Of a stretch of DNA of 64,000 bases, positions 27,501 through 42,187 are shown piece after piece. How positions within the stretch are numbered: the stretch's first letter is position 1; each line of letters opens with the position of its first letter. The stretch is from NCBI RefSeq assembly GCF_009914755.1, contig NC_060942.1, one strand, 5' to 3'. Below the pieces are notes generated by a model. The model worked only from the letters and a program-made list of their open reading frames with translations, was not told the origin of the DNA and searched no databases. This stretch comes from the human T2T-CHM13v2.0 reference genome, Homo sapiens. Both the position numbers and the translations under genes were made by a program.

Positions 27501-28281
27501 AATCATCTTAGCCATTAAATTAATACAAGCAAATTAGCCACAACAAAAATGGATTTATGGAAAGAAAATTATTTCAGAAAAAAAAGATATACCAGTGATC
27601 AAATACCATCTCATGTGTTTGAAAAATGGTTTAGTTATTACTTTTTCACTTCTTTATCTGAAAAAAAAATATGTTTAAACAAACATCATGTGGACTTGAA
27701 CATTCTAATGAGGTGATAATGTAAAGCTTCTGTCTAAAAGTACCCACTCCACATATGTGAGTGCCTTTTCCTCTTCTAGATAATATAGTAGATATTGTGT
27801 AAAAAAAGAAATAACTTCAGACACAAGAGGATATTTAAGAAGTTCATTTTTGTAAGCCGTTTTTCTTAAGACCATACCTTAAAAATCGTTCATAAAAGGC
27901 CAAATAGTATCTTTTACTTTTAAATTTCTCCAGTCAAGGATTTCTCCCACTTCAGTGCCTAACAGCCTTTGTGAGTCTCCTTCTACACAACTGAATCATC
28001 TTTGGCTAAATTTCTCTAGTCTCTCCACAATTGATTTAGAGAAAAGATGCCATCATTTTCTGCTCAAAAGCACTTGGCACACTTAAAAAATATTATTCAA
28101 ATACTTCTAAGCTGTCTACAATTCAAGCTCAACAATATTTTTAAAAATCAGAGAATAACAGTTTCAGGAACAACTGAAACAAAAACAAAAACAAAACTTG
28201 GCATCTGTCCTGATTTCAAAGTTTCTAAATATTTGTGATATTTTATACCAGAGCCCAAGTCTAGAGAAGGAAAATGAGGTG

Positions 28282-28283
<2 letters not shown>

Positions 28284-28320
<37 letters not shown>
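28284..28320. repeat. (CA)n microsatellite
   Basis: Directly visible. Confidence 0.9.
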
Positions 28321-29425
28321 TTAAAAGTTATTGGTGGTGATGGCTTCCCAATATCAACATATCTAAATAAAAAGTAAGAAAAAAATCACTTTGACATTTT
28401 TTTTGTTTGCTGAACAGAAATGTAACATAAAGAGACGGACATAATCAATTTTTTAATCAAACAGATCTGGGTTTGATTTTTGGCTTTTCTATATTTAGAA
28501 ATATGTCTCACATTGCCTACTTAAGAGTATTAATCTTAGAATTACATGGGATTATGTAAATTTGACTACCAGATACCCAAATAGCTGACAATTTATCCCG
28601 GCCTTCTGGGTACTGTGCTTCTGATCACTGGGAGCTGAAGTTGTGGTCCTTTTTTCTTTGCTTTATTTTGATTCAATATACAATCATCTGATAAAAGAGA
28701 CTGTTTGTTTTTCTTGCATTTGAAGTGGTTTGTGGGCAATAGAGGGCAGGAGCTTCCTTTTTGAGAGCTTGCTCGGGAGCAAGGAGGTGTTGGATTGGGG
28801 AAATCTCACTGCTCTCCTTGCAATGTGGGAGTGCCTACAGAATAATACATTGCTTTCCTTCTTTTCCATCCTTCTGACTTCTATGCCTCTACAATTGCCA
28901 CCTCTAAATAATCAAACTCATCATTTCTAATAGTGTATTGTAGGCATTTATGTGCCTATTTGTATACTTTTTAATTGAATATATATTTGTTTAAGAGTTT
29001 GTGTTTTTGATACAGGACAACTTGCTTTTGCCTTTAAAAAATTATTTCCTCTTAAAATTTCCTACCCAATTTAAAATAATATAGTTGGCTACTTAACATT
29101 TTGTGTTTTAAGGGTACACTATTTCTTTGCCTACCCAAATTCAGTCTCTATATTGCATTTCAGTATAGTTCCTACTTTTAATCTTTTCCTTCTGCTAACA
29201 ACAACAAAAAAATATGATGAGCATAGCTCTACCTTCAGAATTCTGTACCTATCCTTAATAATATGTCTAACTAGCTCATATTATTTAAAATACATATTTA
29301 ATTTTTTCAGTAGTTATAAGTTCCAAATAAACTTATATTTTAGGAGAAATATTAAAATTATTGCAAAATATTCCTATTTTGGTGAAAGAAAATAAGTAAA
29401 GTGCTCTAAAGTCATACAGAACATT

Positions 29426-29428
29426 TTC

Positions 29429-29459
<31 letters not shown>

Positions 29460-29707
29460 GAGACAGAGTCTCGCTCTGTCGCCCAGGCTGGAGTTGCTGT
29501 GGCGCGATCTCAGCTCACTGCAACCTCCGCCTCCCGGGTTCACGCCATTCTCCTGCCTCAGCCTCCTGAGTAGCTGGGACTACAGACGCCCACCAGCACG
29601 CCCGGCTAATTTTTTGTATTTTTAGTAGAGACGGGGTTTCACCATGTTAGCCAGGATGGACTCGATTTCCTGACCTCGTGATCCGCCCGCCTCAGCCTCC
29701 CAAAGTG
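29426..29707 (-). mobile_element. AluY/Sc8-like, missing about 30 nt at the 5' end
   Basis: Poly-T, GGGTTCACGCCATTCTCC, GTTAGCCAGGATGG, ending at CCCAAAGTG. Approximate TSD AACATTTTCTTT / AACACTTTCTTT. Confidence 0.92.
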
Positions 29708-29879
29708 AAAACACTTTCTTTGTATAAAACCAAAGTGATATTTTATAATGCAGGCTTTTCTATACATTCACTGTCATTTATTTAAAACTGTAATTTAAAA
29801 TTAATGATTGAGCACTGGTTGAGTTTAATGCCAAGAAATATCAAACAATCTCTGATAGTGCTTAAAAATGCATTTAATT

Positions 29880-30048
29880 GGCTGGGCATGGTGGCTCACG
29901 TCTGTAGTCCCAGCTACTCAGGAGGCTGAGGCAAGAGAATGGCATGAACCCAGGAGGCGGAGCTTGCAGTGAGCCGAGATTGCGTCACTGAACTCCAGTC
30001 TAGGAGACAGCAAGACTCTGTCTCAAAAAAAAAAAAAAAAAAAAAAAA
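29880..30048 (+). mobile_element. Monomeric AluY-type element (left-arm head joined to right arm)
   Basis: GGCTGGGCATGGTGGCTCACG runs straight into TCTGTAGTCCCAGCTACTC...GAATGGCATGAACCCAGGAGGCGGAGCTTG. TSD GCATTTAATT at 29870-29879 and 30049-30058. Confidence 0.9.
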
Positions 30049-30772
30049 GCATTTAATTTTATGTGGGAAATTTTGATAATCCACAAGGAGTTTTGATTTT
30101 TCCCTTGATATTAGTATTTTGGAACCATATATGGGTGCATTCTTTACTATGCATTGGAATCAAATATGAGTGCATTCTTTACCGTGCATTCTTAGAGTTA
30201 CTTTAAATTCGCCCTGCATGAATTAGTTGCTTTTAAGGTTGCTTGCTCTTCTCAGTGTTTTGCAACTCATGCACCCCTCTGTTTTTCCTCCAGGAGACAG
30301 ACAATCCCTCTTAGTCCTGCAACTTTCTTTTCAAAAGCTCACCAACATGTTAAGCAACAGATCAAAATCCATCTCTATGGGGAATTCTTTCCCGATCCAC
30401 TGAAATTACAGCCACATCCAGAAGTGATTTCTCCATCTTTTAAAGTCATACCATTGTATTGGGTGTTTCCCTTAATGATATTTATCATGTTTAGAATATT
30501 TTCTAACTGTCCTTCAGCCCTTAATGGGTGATTTCTTATTTAACACATTTCTAACCCAGTGCTTCAGCTTCATATGTTGTCAAGAACTGTTGGTTGTAAT
30601 AAATCAAAATAGGATTAAAACACTTACAGTTTTTAAGGCATTTTGAAAACTTTTTGATAAATATTTATTAATCATTTTCTACATCAGTACACACAAGTGT
30701 ACATCAAATATCTTTACTTAATATGCGGAATCATTTAATAGCAGATAAACTATGAGATGAACATAAGACTCT

Positions 30773-31441
30773 TAATAAGTCAAAAAATAACAGATGCTAG
30801 CAAGGTTGTGGAGAGCAAGGAACACTTACACACTGTGGTTGGAGTGTAAATTAGTTCAGCCATTGTGGAAGACAGTGTGGCAATTCCTCAAAGACCTAAA
30901 AGAAGCAATATGATTTGACCCAGTATCCCATTTCTGGGAAGATACCCAAAAGACTGTAAATCATTCTATTATAAAGACACATGCAGTGCTATTCACAACA
31001 GCAAAGACATGGAATCAACCTAAATGCCCATCAATGATAGACTGGATAAAGAAAATGTGGTACATATACATCATGGGACACTATGTGGCCATAGAAAGAA
31101 ACAAGATCGCATCTTTGCAGGGATAGGGATGGAGCCAGAGGTCATCATCCTCAGCAAACTAATGCAGGAGCAGAAAACCAAATACCACATGTTCTCACTT
31201 ATAAATTGGAGCTAAATGATGAGAACACATGGACACAGGGAGGGGAACACCACACACTGGGGCCTTTAGGAGGCTGAGGGGTAAGAGAGGAGGTAGAAGG
31301 AGGGAAAGGAAAAATAACTAATGGATGCTAGGCTTAATACCTGGGTGATGAAATAATCTGTACAACAAACCCCCATGACACAAGTTTACCTATGTAACAA
31401 ACCTGAACATGCACCCTCAAACATAAAAGTTAAGAAAAAAA
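30773..31441 (+). mobile_element. 5'-truncated L1PA (PA15/16-like) 3' end
   Basis: AAGTCAAAAAATAACAGATGCT.GC.AGGTTG..GAG...; 3' UTR GGCTTAATACCTGGGTGATGAAATAATCTGTACAACAAACCCCCATGACACAAGTTTACCTATGTAACAAACCTG. Confidence 0.9.
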
Positions 31442-31881
31442 TATGTGTTTATTATCAGATTTAGATAATTTTAAAGAGAAAATATCCCATATCTTATTTG
31501 CTATGTAGAATATTCCAAATAAACTGACATATGGCTTAGAAATCTGAGGACAGATAAAGTGATACCATATCAACATTTTCAGTCTAGAACCTATAGCCTA
31601 AAATTTATAGACTATAAGTCAAGCCAGAAATTCCTGGGAAAATTATACAGATTTAACATAATGAAAAATTAAGTTGTTTTTAAAATTAAACTGTATATTT
31701 GATGAAGACCTAGTGACAAAGAGGAAGAAGAATAGAAGTCGAGATGCCAAAAACAATTCTGGTATGTAAATTTTTCCTGTGAGATTCTGGGCAGCAGAGT
31801 TTCAGACAAATACTAAATCAGATAACTCAAATAGGGCACTCCAGCATTGAGGGAATTATTATAGATAGGACAAAAAAAGAT

Positions 31882-32181
31882 GGCTGGGCAAGGTGGCTCA
31901 TGCCTGTAATCCCAGCACTTTGGAAGGCCGAGGCGGGTAGATCATTTGAAGTCAGGAGTTCAAGACCAGCTTGGCCAACATGGTGAAACCCCATCTCTAC
32001 TAAAAATATAAAAATTGGCTGAGTGTGGTTGCACATGCCTGTAATCCCAGCTACTCAGGAGGCTGAGGTAGGAGAATTGCTTGAATCTGGGAGACGGAGG
32101 TTGCAGTGAGCTGAGATCCTGTCACTGCACTCCAGCCTAGGAGACAGAGACTCCGTTGCAAAAAACAAAAAAACAACAAAA
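31882..32181 (+). mobile_element. AluS (Sx/Sz-like)
   Basis: Full dimer with an A-rich tail. Confidence 0.92.
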
Positions 32182-33759
32182 GTAGAAACTGGGTTTTCAT
32201 TTACACAAAAACAACCAGAAATTTTATAATATTTTGTTTTAGAACAAAAAGTTATATCATTTAAATGAAAAAAGAGGCAAGATTAATGTTGTTTCAGTTG
32301 GCAAATGTAATAGTCATTTTATCCATGCATGGTACCATATATTAAATAGTCACAACACAAATCAGAGCCTGGGACTTCATAAGAGGTAAAAAATTAAATT
32401 ACATTTAATTATATTTCAAAATAGTTTGCACATTTTAGTAGGACAGACAGTGTTATGGATTTTCAAACCCATAGTCAACACCAGCACACTATGGGCACAG
32501 TGAAGAGCCAGCTTGATATTTCTATGTAATTATGTCAATGAGTTATGTATGCCAATTATTTTTAAAATTTACAGGGCTAGAATTGAAGCCTGAGGAATGA
32601 AGGAAAAATATATCAAAATATATCAGCTTGAATATTAACCTACTTTCATGAAAGTAACAGATTGTTTCTAGGCCAATTCCTTAAGTAGGTGATAGCACCA
32701 GTTCAACTCGAGCAGTATCACGCTGTGTTATGACGACAACTCTCACAAGTGCTCTGTGTGCCTTCCTCCTTAAAAAGCTACATAAATATATAAAATTATT
32801 ACAGTTTCTGCTAATTGCTCAAGCTTCCCAAAATCTATTTATTACTAGTATGCTGATATTTTTCAGTTGTGTATTAGGCATGTTTCATGATATATTAGGT
32901 TATCTGGCAAGTAGAAATGCGTATCTTCTCTGTTCACCAGATGTTTTAACTGAAGCATGAAGCATTGAATATTACAGCTGTCATTCATTTATAAAATAAT
33001 GCCAGTGGAACACTGGGAGGAAAATCTGGAAAACGTGTATCTTTTTTTTTCTGCACTCTCTAAATTTTGATTTACTTTATTAAAAATTTAATAAGTATTA
33101 AGTAAATGTTTTACATGATATAAATATTGAGTTAATAAAAATGTCACCATAATCAAAAAGAAATATCTATGTAATTTCGTACATTTGCTCAATGGAGATA
33201 TGCTAGTCACCTATTTTATAAGTGTGTTATTGTCTCTTCCAAAGAGAATATAAATGGGTCCTTAGTGTAGAGGTAGATAAAAAGGTTGAGGTTGGTGAAA
33301 TAAGATTGGTTACATCTTGTAAACAATAAAACTCGAAGCATGGGACTAGAGAAGATACCAACAGATTCACATATTATCTATTTATCCACACATCTCTCTG
33401 TTTATCTATCTTTATATTTAGAGAAAAAAGGAACATATGCTTTGTTACTTGGGATTACCTTTATTTTGAAAGGGTACTTATTTATAAGCTAACAATGTCA
33501 TTGTTCCATAGTTTGCGTTTTATTGATCATGGCCTCTTTATAGTTTCATGTTTATTGTTTGATTTGAACCTTCTACCTGCTCCCCTTGTACTGTTAGTTT
33601 AGAGGGGGTAACAGACCTACAGTTACTAGCCACCAGGTCCTGCACTGTGGTTTGCCCGGACTGCACCCTGCCTGCAACATTGGAAGAAGTCCCTTTATCA
33701 GTCACTCTTCAAATGACCTAAGCTGAGGATGCCACCTGTTTCCTTCCAGGATGCTCAAG

Positions 33760-34190
33760 GATGCAGGGAGCCATCAGAGTCTTTCCATCAGAGGCGTGAC
33801 TTAATCTGACATATAAACGCTTCTTCTACTGTTGGGCTGAGAATAGATGGGGGAGTGGATTGAAGGATCAAAGGTTCAACTACGTTAGTTGGGAAGCTGG
33901 AGTCACTTAGCATAACTGTGGAGGTCATGAGATATTGTCAGATTCTGGGTATTTATTTGAGAGGGCTGCAACAGGGTTTAAAAAAATCGTAGAGATAAGG
34001 AGTGTGAAAAAAATGCAGTCAGTGAGGACACCAAAATTTTTTGTCTGAGAACATGGAGGCATCCAATTTCAAGCAGTTGGAGTGGGTGAAATTATAAAAA
34101 CTAGGTTTGGGTACGAAATTTTGAGCTAACTATAAGACATAGTATGTTGGAAATGACTCTATTACATTCAAGAAGAGATTCTATGTATCA
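33760..34190 (-). mobile_element. L2 fragment
   Basis: GGGAGCCAT..GAG...GTGACTTAATCTGAC...GTCAGATTCTGGGTATTT.TTTGA...GAGGACACCAAAATTTTTTGTCTGAG. Confidence 0.65.
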
Positions 34191-34649
34191 CATTCCTGTC
34201 TGAATAGTCAATTGCTGAAACATAAGGAAAAATACACATGAAATATGTTGATTAGTAATAGAAGAGGTGACATCTGTACTCTGATGATGACTTCTCCCAT
34301 TTTTAAAAAAGGTGCAAGCATATAGAGTAGCCATAAGTTATCTGTAAAATTGAGTAGATTGCATATAAAATTGATAAAACAAAACTAATAATTTTCTGTG
34401 AGTCTTAGCCCTGACATACTCTCAATATTGAAAAAATGCTATAATAGAATATTCATGATGAATTTTTGTGTAATTTTTCATTATTAACAGTAAGAATTAG
34501 AGTTTAACTCCTCTGAGATTTTAGAAATATCTGTGTTAACTTTTTTACATCGCTTGCTTTTGAACTCACACAAGAGGCAACCACAGGAGCATTCTGAGCA
34601 TTAAAACATTCAGAATGGCATGTCACCCAGCACTGCAGGGACAGTGTAT

Positions 34650-34780
34650 TTCAAAGGAATTATGCTGAATGAAAAAAGCCAATTTCATAAGGATATTCTT
34701 ATGATTTAATTTATGTACCATTTCTGAAATGACAAGATTATATTTCTGGAGAACAGATTAACAGCTGCCAGGGTTTACAA
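34650..34780 (+). mobile_element. L1MC/MD 3' fragment
   Basis: TCAAAGGAATTATGCTGAATGAAAAAAGCCAATT...GGAGAACAGATTA..AGCTGCCAGGG. Confidence 0.6.
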
Positions 34781-35149
34781 AATGGGGCCCTGGGTTCTAC
34801 CTCCCTGTGTTGGCTTCACGGTCTTAGGCTCGTTTTCTTCCACATAATGGGCAGCATGACTACTGATATCTTTGTAGTGGCACTGTTCACAATTTCAACA
34901 CCAGAGAAATTATCCCTTCCCTTGGTACTTAACAAAGATTACCACTACAATGGCCCCGTGTGAGTCACAGTTGCTCATCGCAACTAGTTAAGTGTGGCTT
35001 CCAGAAAGATGACGGGTTGACAGTACCCTCTAGAACCATATGTTTAACATATGGGCAGGATCCTGCGCCAAATATTCTGTTTCTAAGACTACAGAGAAAT
35101 GCTGGGCAGGGAAAATAATAGGAGCAATATGTGAGCATTTATTTAACTT

Positions 35150-35395
35150 CGTGTTTTTAAGTATAAAATCTAGAGTCAGATTAACTTGCTCCTAGCCTTG
35201 GTTTAAGTGCTTCCAATCTAAGTGATCTTGGGGCAATTAATTACATTCTCTGCCTCAAAATTTCTTATTCTAAAATTGAAATAGGGATAGAGTTTCTATG
35301 AACATTATATGAGATGGGAAATATGTGTAAACCACATTGAATGGTGCCTGGTACTCATAAATTATGAAAAAATTGTTAGCTTTTGTTATTATTAG
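35150..35395 (+). mobile_element. MIR
   Basis: TCTAGAGTCAGA...GTGATCTTGGGGCAATTA.TTAC.TTCTCTGCCTCA...GTGCCTGGTAC. Confidence 0.7.
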
Positions 35396-38300
35396 CACAG
35401 CTCCAATTTGTACTGTACACTGTTGCATATTGATTAAAATACGAATGTCCCATGCCACAATTTTATTTGCATGACTCAAACAAAAACAGAAAAAACCCTA
35501 CAAACTTAATTTAAGTACATGTAAAAATATTAAATTCAATGGAATTCATATAAATATTTACTTTTAAACAAATAGATTCTTTCTTTACTTGTCCAAGGAT
35601 AAAAGATATATTAAGGGAAAATAATCTTAACTAATATCCAGTAAGATAAAAAGTTTGTTATGACACCTTTGTAGATGAGAAACACCCAGTGATTAAGTTT
35701 GTTATAAATTTTAAAGAGTATTAATCTATAATTATAGCAGTGATTATAAGTAATTCTATAAAATTATAAATCCAGAATGATCCAAAGTACTAAAAAATAT
35801 AAATAGAAAAAACATATGATGGGAAATATTTCAAAATGTTAACTTGCTTACTTGTTACTTTGATCTGAGGAAACAACGACATTTTCACTACATTTATATT
35901 TTATAGTTTCAAATTTTTTACAAGTATACATTATTTAATATAAAGAAATTTATAAAAATTAAACTTGAAATGTTTTCTTACAACCTACAGGATGTCAAAC
36001 ATTTTTATAGAATTTACTCCTACTTTATTCATTCCATAATCCAGATATTTCATGAAAGACTTTTATTTCAATCATTCATTAGAGAATAAAAATTATTCCA
36101 GGTATCTTACGCAGGGCAGAAATGAACACAGGGAGTTGTCTAAAGAAATCATCAGGAAGGGTTTGCAGGAGCAAGCTCTTCCGTGGACACATTGACCTGG
36201 CACACCAGAGAAACCACGGCCCGAGGCTGCCACTGAAGTAGACGATAAGAAGCAGCAGAAACATGGGGACAACTGCCTCTTATGTCCATAGGATGGAGAA
36301 TGAGAGGATGGATGTCTGTAGTTTCAATTCAAATCAGAGAGCCACAGCCATCCCTCCTGCAACTCAGCACTCAGAGGGATGCTGAAGGGATCCTGGTGTA
36401 GTTTTCTGGGTCATTGAGGGAATGTTTATATTCTTCCAAAAGCTTGCTGTATTGCAGTTAATTTTTACATTATTATTTTTAATGATAGCCTTTATAAGCA
36501 AACTGATGAGTATTATTCCAGTACAGACCTATACACAGAGAAAATCACAGCATATTATAGTCAATATCAGAAATTGGAATATAATACATATATAATAGAA
36601 TAAAGATTCCATCAAATAATTGTGTCTCAAATTACAGGAGTTAGAGCAAAAGAAAAAAAATATGTAGTTACCTCGTTGACTCAGTTCAAAAGTTAATAAA
36701 TTAGCTCTTCTTTGAAATATGGTGTATTAATAATTTTTCTCAAATATTCCTTTACCTTTAATATATGTAGATTTTTTCATATTCTGCCTCTGTCTTCTGC
36801 AATTTTCTCTGTCTGTATTAGCTTAATTCTCTTCATGGAATACACCAGGAAAAATACAGGGAGCTTTTAATTTTCTCAGTATTTCAAGATGGACTTATTC
36901 TTCTTCATTAATATCCCCATTAGACTTCTCACAGTATTCCCTTCTACTTCAGGTAGCTTTATCATATTTAGTATATTCTTAGTTTTTCCCATGTATATAG
37001 TGTCATTCTATGTATAGTGCCTTTTCCAGAAAGTAAACCTGACTGTAAGGAAGCTGAATTCTCACCTTCCTCACTAAACTTGCATGGTGTCACATACTAA
37101 TTGAAAGACTACCTGCCCTCCATCAAAATGCAGCATTTCTTCAACACCTTCCTAACTTTGGACTGAAAGCAATATGGCAAACAGTCCACTGATTTTCGTG
37201 ATTGATTTGGCTGGCTGATCAAGTGTAAAGGTGGCTGTCTCCTCCCTTCATCACTTCATGTGTACACATGAGGTCAAGAGAAAGGAAAGCTTTTCCATAA
37301 ACAAGTTCTGTTCCTCAGTCACTGGTCTTGACAATTTCTATCTCTTGCCAAAGCCTCCAAATATATTCTCATCAATCATGAATTGGCATAAATGCATTCC
37401 TATTTCATCCATTTTTATTTACTTTTAACATTACATATAATTTAGAAGATATTTTAAAGTACCTATATACCTTTATCTTCACATTCTTACTTCGGGGAGG
37501 CACAACTCTGCTGCCTTATATTATGAAATAAGATAGGCTAATTTCTGATTTTTAATGAGGTGTCTAGGAATAGCAACATTCAAAATTGGTTTATTAACAT
37601 CTTCCTTTAAATGTTCCACAATAAAATTCATGGACAGTTATACATACTTAAATAACTCCTAAGATAAATGAACTTTCAATCATTCTTTATATGTTTACTC
37701 ATAAAAGTATTTTGGTCTACTAGCAGTTCTATCAACTGCATTTATATGTAGCATCAGTGCATCTGGTTTCTAAAAATTGCTTTTGTTTCAATAACATTGT
37801 CTTTTCCATCGCATAAATAGTTGTATTATTTTCTGATAAATTTTATATGATTTTCTGATTTCAATATTGTAAACTTTTTAAGTCTAAAATACTCTTGTGT
37901 TCAGATCATTTATATAGGTCAATAACAACAAAAATATGTATTGACTGCCTAGCAGGCATTATTCTAGGTACTGATTTTATATTTATTTAAAAGTATTTTC
38001 CAGACTGTAGCAATGTTGATATATTACTTTTATAATGTAAAATATTCTTACAGTATTCTCATAGTTCCTAGGCATTAGAAAAGTAGTGTCCGATGTCATT
38101 ATTGCATTGATTAATTTTACTTTTGCTTTACTTCTCATCTTTATGTCACTATTATAAATTAAAAATTGGCAGTTAATTGATGTCACCCTACTTTTTCACA
38201 GGAGATTTTCATTCCACTAAATAGATGCTAAATCTATACAGCCAAGAATTATTTCTACATTGTTCTATTCAATATAGCTTGTGCAGAATTTTAATTACCA

Positions 38301-39092
38301 CACAGAATGCAGATTTTCCCAAGGGCACCCACTGTGGAAAATGTTTTAAATATAATCACAATAAATCTTCTTATCCTTATTACTTAAAACATTCATCATT
38401 AAAACTTAGGGTTTTCCTGAAATACTGTTCCTTCCAAATCTCATTTTAGAAAAGTCATGCATGAAGAGAACAATAATAAACTGAGCCCCCCAAAAATTTA
38501 GATAAAAGTTATGAAGACACTTTCATAGTCTGTCACTTACCATTGTTTCTGCAAGCCAAGGGCATTTTTTATGATTTTACAGTTACCTAATTTATAGTTT
38601 ATAATATAGGAAAGTTCATTTATTCTCTAACTATATGAGCCTTAAATATCTTGGAGATTTTTCCTATGATTTGCCCCAGAAATTAAAAACAATTCAGGGG
38701 GAATGAAGAATGAAATAGAGAAATAAAGGAAGTCTGAAAATTCAGAAAATAAAAGTATAGTTTGGGCAAAGCAACTCTAACAATATTATCATGAGCTATC
38801 TATCTTTTTAAATAACAATAATAACTCATGGTAAAGCTCTATTTTTTTCTCATAAGGCTACTTTGAAATGCAAACACAAGCGGAAATAGTATTAGAAATA
38901 AGCAGTAATGGATTGTACCTATTTTACTAAATGCTAATGACAAATATGCTCACAACGGGCAGATGTGTGCCTTAAAAAAGTGGTCATTTTCTAAGATTAT
39001 TAAAGTTTCTGAAAGCCATCCTTAGGCTTTCATAGGCTATAACTGCATTAAATATTAAATTTTAAGATTTTTCTTGACTATGGAAAAATCGT

Positions 39093-39390
<298 letters not shown>

Positions 39391-41484
39391 TCAGAATCTA
39401 TCCAGCATATGTAGTATTATAGGGTTAATGACCTTGAGTGGGAGAGCAACCAACGTCCACAAGTTTGTCATTAAAGACAAATACTTTCAAGTTTTAAAAA
39501 ATAAATTATTCTTCCTTTTCTTATTTATTAGCTATCTTTTGCAAAAACTACAAGTCAACTGATGAATTAGTTAATTTATTTTAATGAGGTCAGTACAATA
39601 ATCTGCGAAAGATAAAACCCCATTACGCACCATGACATCCTAAGCAGAAATGATATTCCTCGTGACAGCAATCTAGTAATCAAGCCTTGGAAGGCTTTAG
39701 CTTGGAAATTTGTTTTATTTCTTCCTGTTATGGACATTTTCAATTAAATATAAAGATATTTTTGCTTCACATGGTGGTTTTAAATTGGCATTTCATCATT
39801 TTATATATTACCGGTACTGGCTCTGGGTTATTTAGCATTTATTAATAATTTCCATTTTGACCTTTCCCAAGTTTTGCTATTTATTAGGTAGTTTTGCGCT
39901 ATTGCAGAGATGACTGAGCAGAATTGGGGACTTTTTTTTAATCCCTTTTAAAAACTCCATACTTTAAATTATTTTTACATTGACCTTTAAAGTTGGGATA
40001 TAGCTAAGATTTGAAAGTTCTGTTTAAAAAACTACCCTGCTGAAACATCAGGCTACCCCAAAAGTTCAAAACAGATTGGCCAGCCAAATGCTGAAAGCAA
40101 AGAAAAACTGGAAGGGAGTGGTGAGAATGAAGAAAGGAAGGGAGAGATGTCAGGAGGCAGAAGGCTGTTTGAATATTCACCATGACTATTTAATTTGTAA
40201 ATCATTACTGACAGTGAGGACCAGGCAACATACTGGGTGTAAATAAATTCTCTTTGATGGAAAGTGATTTCTGAACACGTCTGGATATATTTGGTGAAGG
40301 GACATTTTATTTTCCCATGTCCATTAAATATTATCCATTCCACCTTGAATGAATAATTTTATTTTCATTTAGTTAATTTCATAAAACAGTTCAACTTTGT
40401 TACAGGTTAAAATCTGAGGGATCTTCAAGTTTTAAAGATGCAGTCCCTCACTGTTTTATGTTTGATGTTTGATTCAGACTTTGAGTCCTAATGTCAGAAC
40501 TCACATTATAGCTCAAAGAGTCAAAGCTGTTTGACATGAGATCAGAAATACTATAATTACTTTACTTCAGTGGACAATAAAAGCCACAAACAGGACTAAT
40601 TGCTTTGTGTTCTGCTGAATTTTATAAAATCGTCAAATAACACTTGTTTCCATTTGGAAATTTTCCTGACTGCTAACTTTTTACCAAAGCCTTGGCAACT
40701 GCAAGATGCTGTTTATTACCCGTGTTTTCTAATATTCAACAGCATTACCTTTTTCTTTATTAAAGTGTCATCCAATGAAAGAGATAAAATCTCTTTTTTT
40801 AATCAGGCAGCAAAGTGTAGTTGATTACATATAACAAAATGGTTTCATGTTTATAGAGCTCTTTAAAATAAAAAGCCACCACTGACTGAGATAAACTATA
40901 GTGTATGTTTACACTGTGTATAAGCAATTACTTGTGTGTCAATAAAGTTGCTTATAACGTGATGGCTGGTGCCAAAGAATTCAACTTTCATCAAAAAGCT
41001 ATATTTTAATTTTAATCCAATTTATACTTTCTTCTCCTACCCTTAAAGTATGAAGAATATATCTTTAGTTAAACTTAGAAATAAGATGTTGAACCATGAC
41101 TGATTATAAAGGCAAAACTATGAAACATACAGGCAGTAGCTTTCAGAAAACTTGTACCTATTTATTTATATTGATCCTGGATTTCAAAATTTAATCCTCT
41201 TCACTTTTATAGGGTATTTTGCCAGGTATGGTGTTAGGTACTAAGCAAAACACAGATATGAATCACAGTGAGTTACATGTGGCACTTCTGTTCTTAAAGC
41301 TGCCTTGGAACCACTGTCATTGTCTAGCAATATTTTCTCTATTACGAAAGGATTTAATGTTGGGTATCAACTTTTGTAATGTAATGTGTGGGGGAAGAAA
41401 AGAGTCATATCTATTTCCATGCATTAACTGTCATAATGTTAGAACTGGAATCTAATGTTCTTTGTCATCACAGTTGTATTTTCT

Positions 41485-41810
41485 ATTTTAAAAATAATTT
41501 GCTAGGGTGAAATTCACACAACATAAAATTACCCATTTTAAAATGAACGATTAAGTGTCATTCAGCATTTTCACAATATTGTGCAATGACCATCTCTCTC
41601 GAGTTGCAAAATATTTCCACAAAGCTTAGTAAAACTTATTCATTTAGAAGTTTCTCCCCATCCTTCCTCTCTATACTCTAACAACCCCCCAATCTGAGTT
41701 ATGTCTCCATGGATTTATATTTCATATAGAATCTTACAATTTGCATCCTGTTTGTGTCTGGCTTCTTTCACTAAGAAGAATGCATTGGAGGATTTTCTGC
41801 CTAAGAACAC
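41485..41810 (-). mobile_element. L1MB 3' end
   Basis: GTGAAATTCACACAACATAAAATTACCCATTTTAAA...TTCACAATATTGTGCAA..ACCATCTCT...TGTGTCTGGCTTCTTTCACT. Confidence 0.75.
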
Positions 41811-42187
41811 ACCTATTCACTGCTAAATAATGCTCATCCTCAAAATATTTGAGTGAAAAAAACAGAAGATATTGGTTCAGATAAACCTGGGCTAAATCTC
41901 TAAGTTTTTAATTATAATACTTGAAATATACTGTACATTATTCAACTTTTCTGGGCCTTGTATTAATACACACAATCTAGGAATAAATATGAGATAAATT
42001 TGAGCAATAAATAACTTAGTGTAGAATGTATAAACTTTGAGTAATAAGTGACCTAAAACATAATAGGTCCTTCGCTGACTTCTGTTCCATTAGCAGAACG
42101 TCTGTTGTAGCAGAAATAAAATTGTTGTATCTTCTTCAAAATTCCATGATTTCATTGATATTTCCTGAAAAATATTTGTGTCAATAC

